This document shows, piece after piece, positions 61,948 to 64,000 of a DNA stretch of 64,000 nucleotides; position 1 is the stretch's first letter, and every line of letters begins with the position of its first letter. Below the pieces are notes generated by a model. That model ran no database searches and was not told the origin of the DNA. It saw only the letters and a program-made list of their open reading frames with translations. Source of the DNA: Mobula hypostoma. Lineage: Eukaryota. The DNA lies in contig NC_086097.1 of assembly GCF_963921235.1 (NCBI RefSeq), positions 66,404,001-66,468,000 of the forward strand, in the 5' to 3' direction. Made by a program: the position numbers and the translations under genes.

Positions 61948-64000
61948 ATTCAAGTTCAAGTTTATTGTCATCTGACTGTACATATGTAAAACCAAATGAA
62001 ACAGCGTTCCTCTGGGCCATGGTGCACCCACAAAAATATATCACACACGGCACATAAAATTTTATCACAAATAAGTAATAAAACATAATTCAAAGTGCTT
62101 ATTGTGTGCAGCACAGGTAAACAGTAAACAGCTCCCTGTCCTAGTGATGAGACCTTGGAGCTGGAAAGATGGTTATTAGCGGTTACCCAGTTTGGCAGTC
62201 CAAGCCCTGATGCTTCTGTACCTCCTATCTGATGGTAGTGGGTCAAAGAGATTACGGGATGGGTGGTAGGGATACTCAACAATGCTTCAGGCATTCGTAT
62301 ACTATGTTTCCAGTAAATGTCACAAATAGTCGGGAGGGAAACCCAGTCGTCCTTTCGCCAGTTTTTACTATCCTCTATAGGGTCTTGCAGATGGTGTCTT
62401 GCAGCTTCTGTACCACACAATGATGTAGCCAGACAGGACACTTTCAATGGTGATCCTGTGGAAAGTTGTTAGAACAGGGCAGGGACCCTTGGATGCCTAA
62501 ATCTCCTCAGAAAGTATAGACGGGGCAAGTGTAGATGGAGCTGTGCTCATTGACTATTGAAGAGGTGTTGTGGGTCTAGTTTAGATTGTCCATTGTGTGC
62601 AGTCCAAGGAACTTTGTGCTGTTCACTCTCACCACAGCAAAGCCATTGATGTGCAAAGGGGAGTGGTTGTCCTGCATCTTCCTGAGGTTCACAATCATTT
62701 CTTTTGTCTTGTCCATGCTGAGTCTCAGGTTGTTGTTCTCACTCCAGTTGAAAAGCCTCTCTACCTCCTCTCTGTATGCTGACTCAACATTATTGTTGAT
62801 GAGGCCAACTACTGTTGTATCATCAACAAACTCGATGATGTGGTTTGAGCTGGATCTGACAGTACAGTTGCGAGTCCGCATCATGAACATCAGTGGGTTG
62901 AGCACACAGCCCTGGGGGCACCAGAGCTCAGAGTAATGGAGCTTGAGATGTTGCTGCCAACTTGGATTGACTGGGGTCATTCCATCAAGAAGTCAAAGAT
63001 CTAGTTACAGAGAGAGGTGTTGAGTCCCAATGAGCAAGTTTACCCTGCAGCTCCTGGGGAATGACCATGATGAACGCCGAGCTGAAGTTGATGAACACCA
63101 ACCTGGCATCATTTTCTAGGGGAGACAGGATGGAATGAAGGGCCAATGCTATGGCATCATCAGTGCACCATTTGAGTGATAGGTGAACTGGAAAGGGTCC
63201 AATGTAGCTGGAAGGTGGGATTTTATACAATTCATTACCAGCTACACAAAGCACTTCATGATCGTTAAGGTCAGTTCCACTGGGCGGTTATCATTTAGGC
63301 CAGTTTCCATTGCATGCTTGGGCACCGGAATGATAGTGGCTGCTTTGAAGCCTGCAGGGACAGTGGACTGTTGCAATGAGATATTAAATGTGTCCATTAA
63401 GACCTCTGTTAGCTGGGCTGCACAATTCCACAGCACGCAGTCTGGTATGTTGTCTGGCCTCATAGCTTTGCATGCGCTAACCCTGGCTAGGATCTTACCC
63501 ATCTGGGCCATGGCCTGACAGAGTGCCTCAGGGGGAGAGGAGGCTTTCCTTGATGTCACATCATTCATTGCATCAAACCATGCACAGAAGGCATTTAGCC
63601 TATCAGGAAGCAAGGTGTTGCTGTCATTGGCACTTAGGGTGGATTTGTAATCTGTTATGGGTTATAGTTTGTCTATCCGGTGTCACAAACCCTAATGTGT
63701 GTGAATTTTCTGTGAGTACTCTTGCTTTGCCTTCTTGATGGGATATTGCTGATCTTAGAGTCATCCTATTTCCCAATCTGAAGGCAGCATCCCATTCCCT
63801 GAGCAGTGCATACAATCTGCAGTCAGCCATGTTTTCTTATTTGCCCTGAAGCATAGTGTTTAATCATGGTAACACCCTCAGTGTATTTTCCTAGGTAGCC
63901 AGTCATCAATCCCACATATTCATCAATGTTGACATGATGATTATATGTTGCTGCCTCTCAGAATATGCTGCAGCTGGTGCTTTCAAAACAGTCCTGCAAC
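61948..64000 (-). mobile_element. Rex1/Babar LINE, degraded, extends past the window end
   Basis: (ttcaag)n tail complement; LPDRLNAFCAWF, FNISLQQSTVPAGFKAATIIPVPK, LNDNRPV.LT..IMKCF, PQGCVLNPL, FVDDTTVVGLI. Confidence 0.9.

Overview
Eukaryotic, AT-rich, repeat-dense vertebrate DNA. The repeat content (CR1 LINEs with SGNH-esterase ORF1, HE1/V-SINE-type SINEs, Rex1/Babar LINEs, Penelope elements) suggests a cartilaginous fish, probably a ray; this is inference. The window lies inside one large + strand gene. Seven consecutive, phase-compatible GT-AG coding exons (10974-11124, 23225-23307, 29868-29944, 37866-38014, 43554-43694, 45325-45474, 49430-49570) splice into one open TPR-repeat frame that I recognise as the middle of TTC6; the gene start and end lie outside the window. 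The introns hold nested transposable elements: many CR1 copies, Rex1/Babar fragments, a rearranged Tc1, a hAT MITE containing a second MITE, a solo LTR with a 4-bp TSD, a full-length RTE-clade LINE with TSD, and Penelope-like elements. The most interesting signals are RNA-structural. (i) The RTE 5' leader is highly structured and ends in a possible H-type pseudoknot directly followed by an in-frame non-AUG codon. (ii) The Penelope inverted terminal repeats carry minimal hammerhead ribozyme motifs. (iii) A 136-bp loopless palindrome has its symmetry axis at the position of the Penelope hammerhead cleavage site. All family names come from recalled motifs, not database searches, and boundaries of old repeats are approximate.
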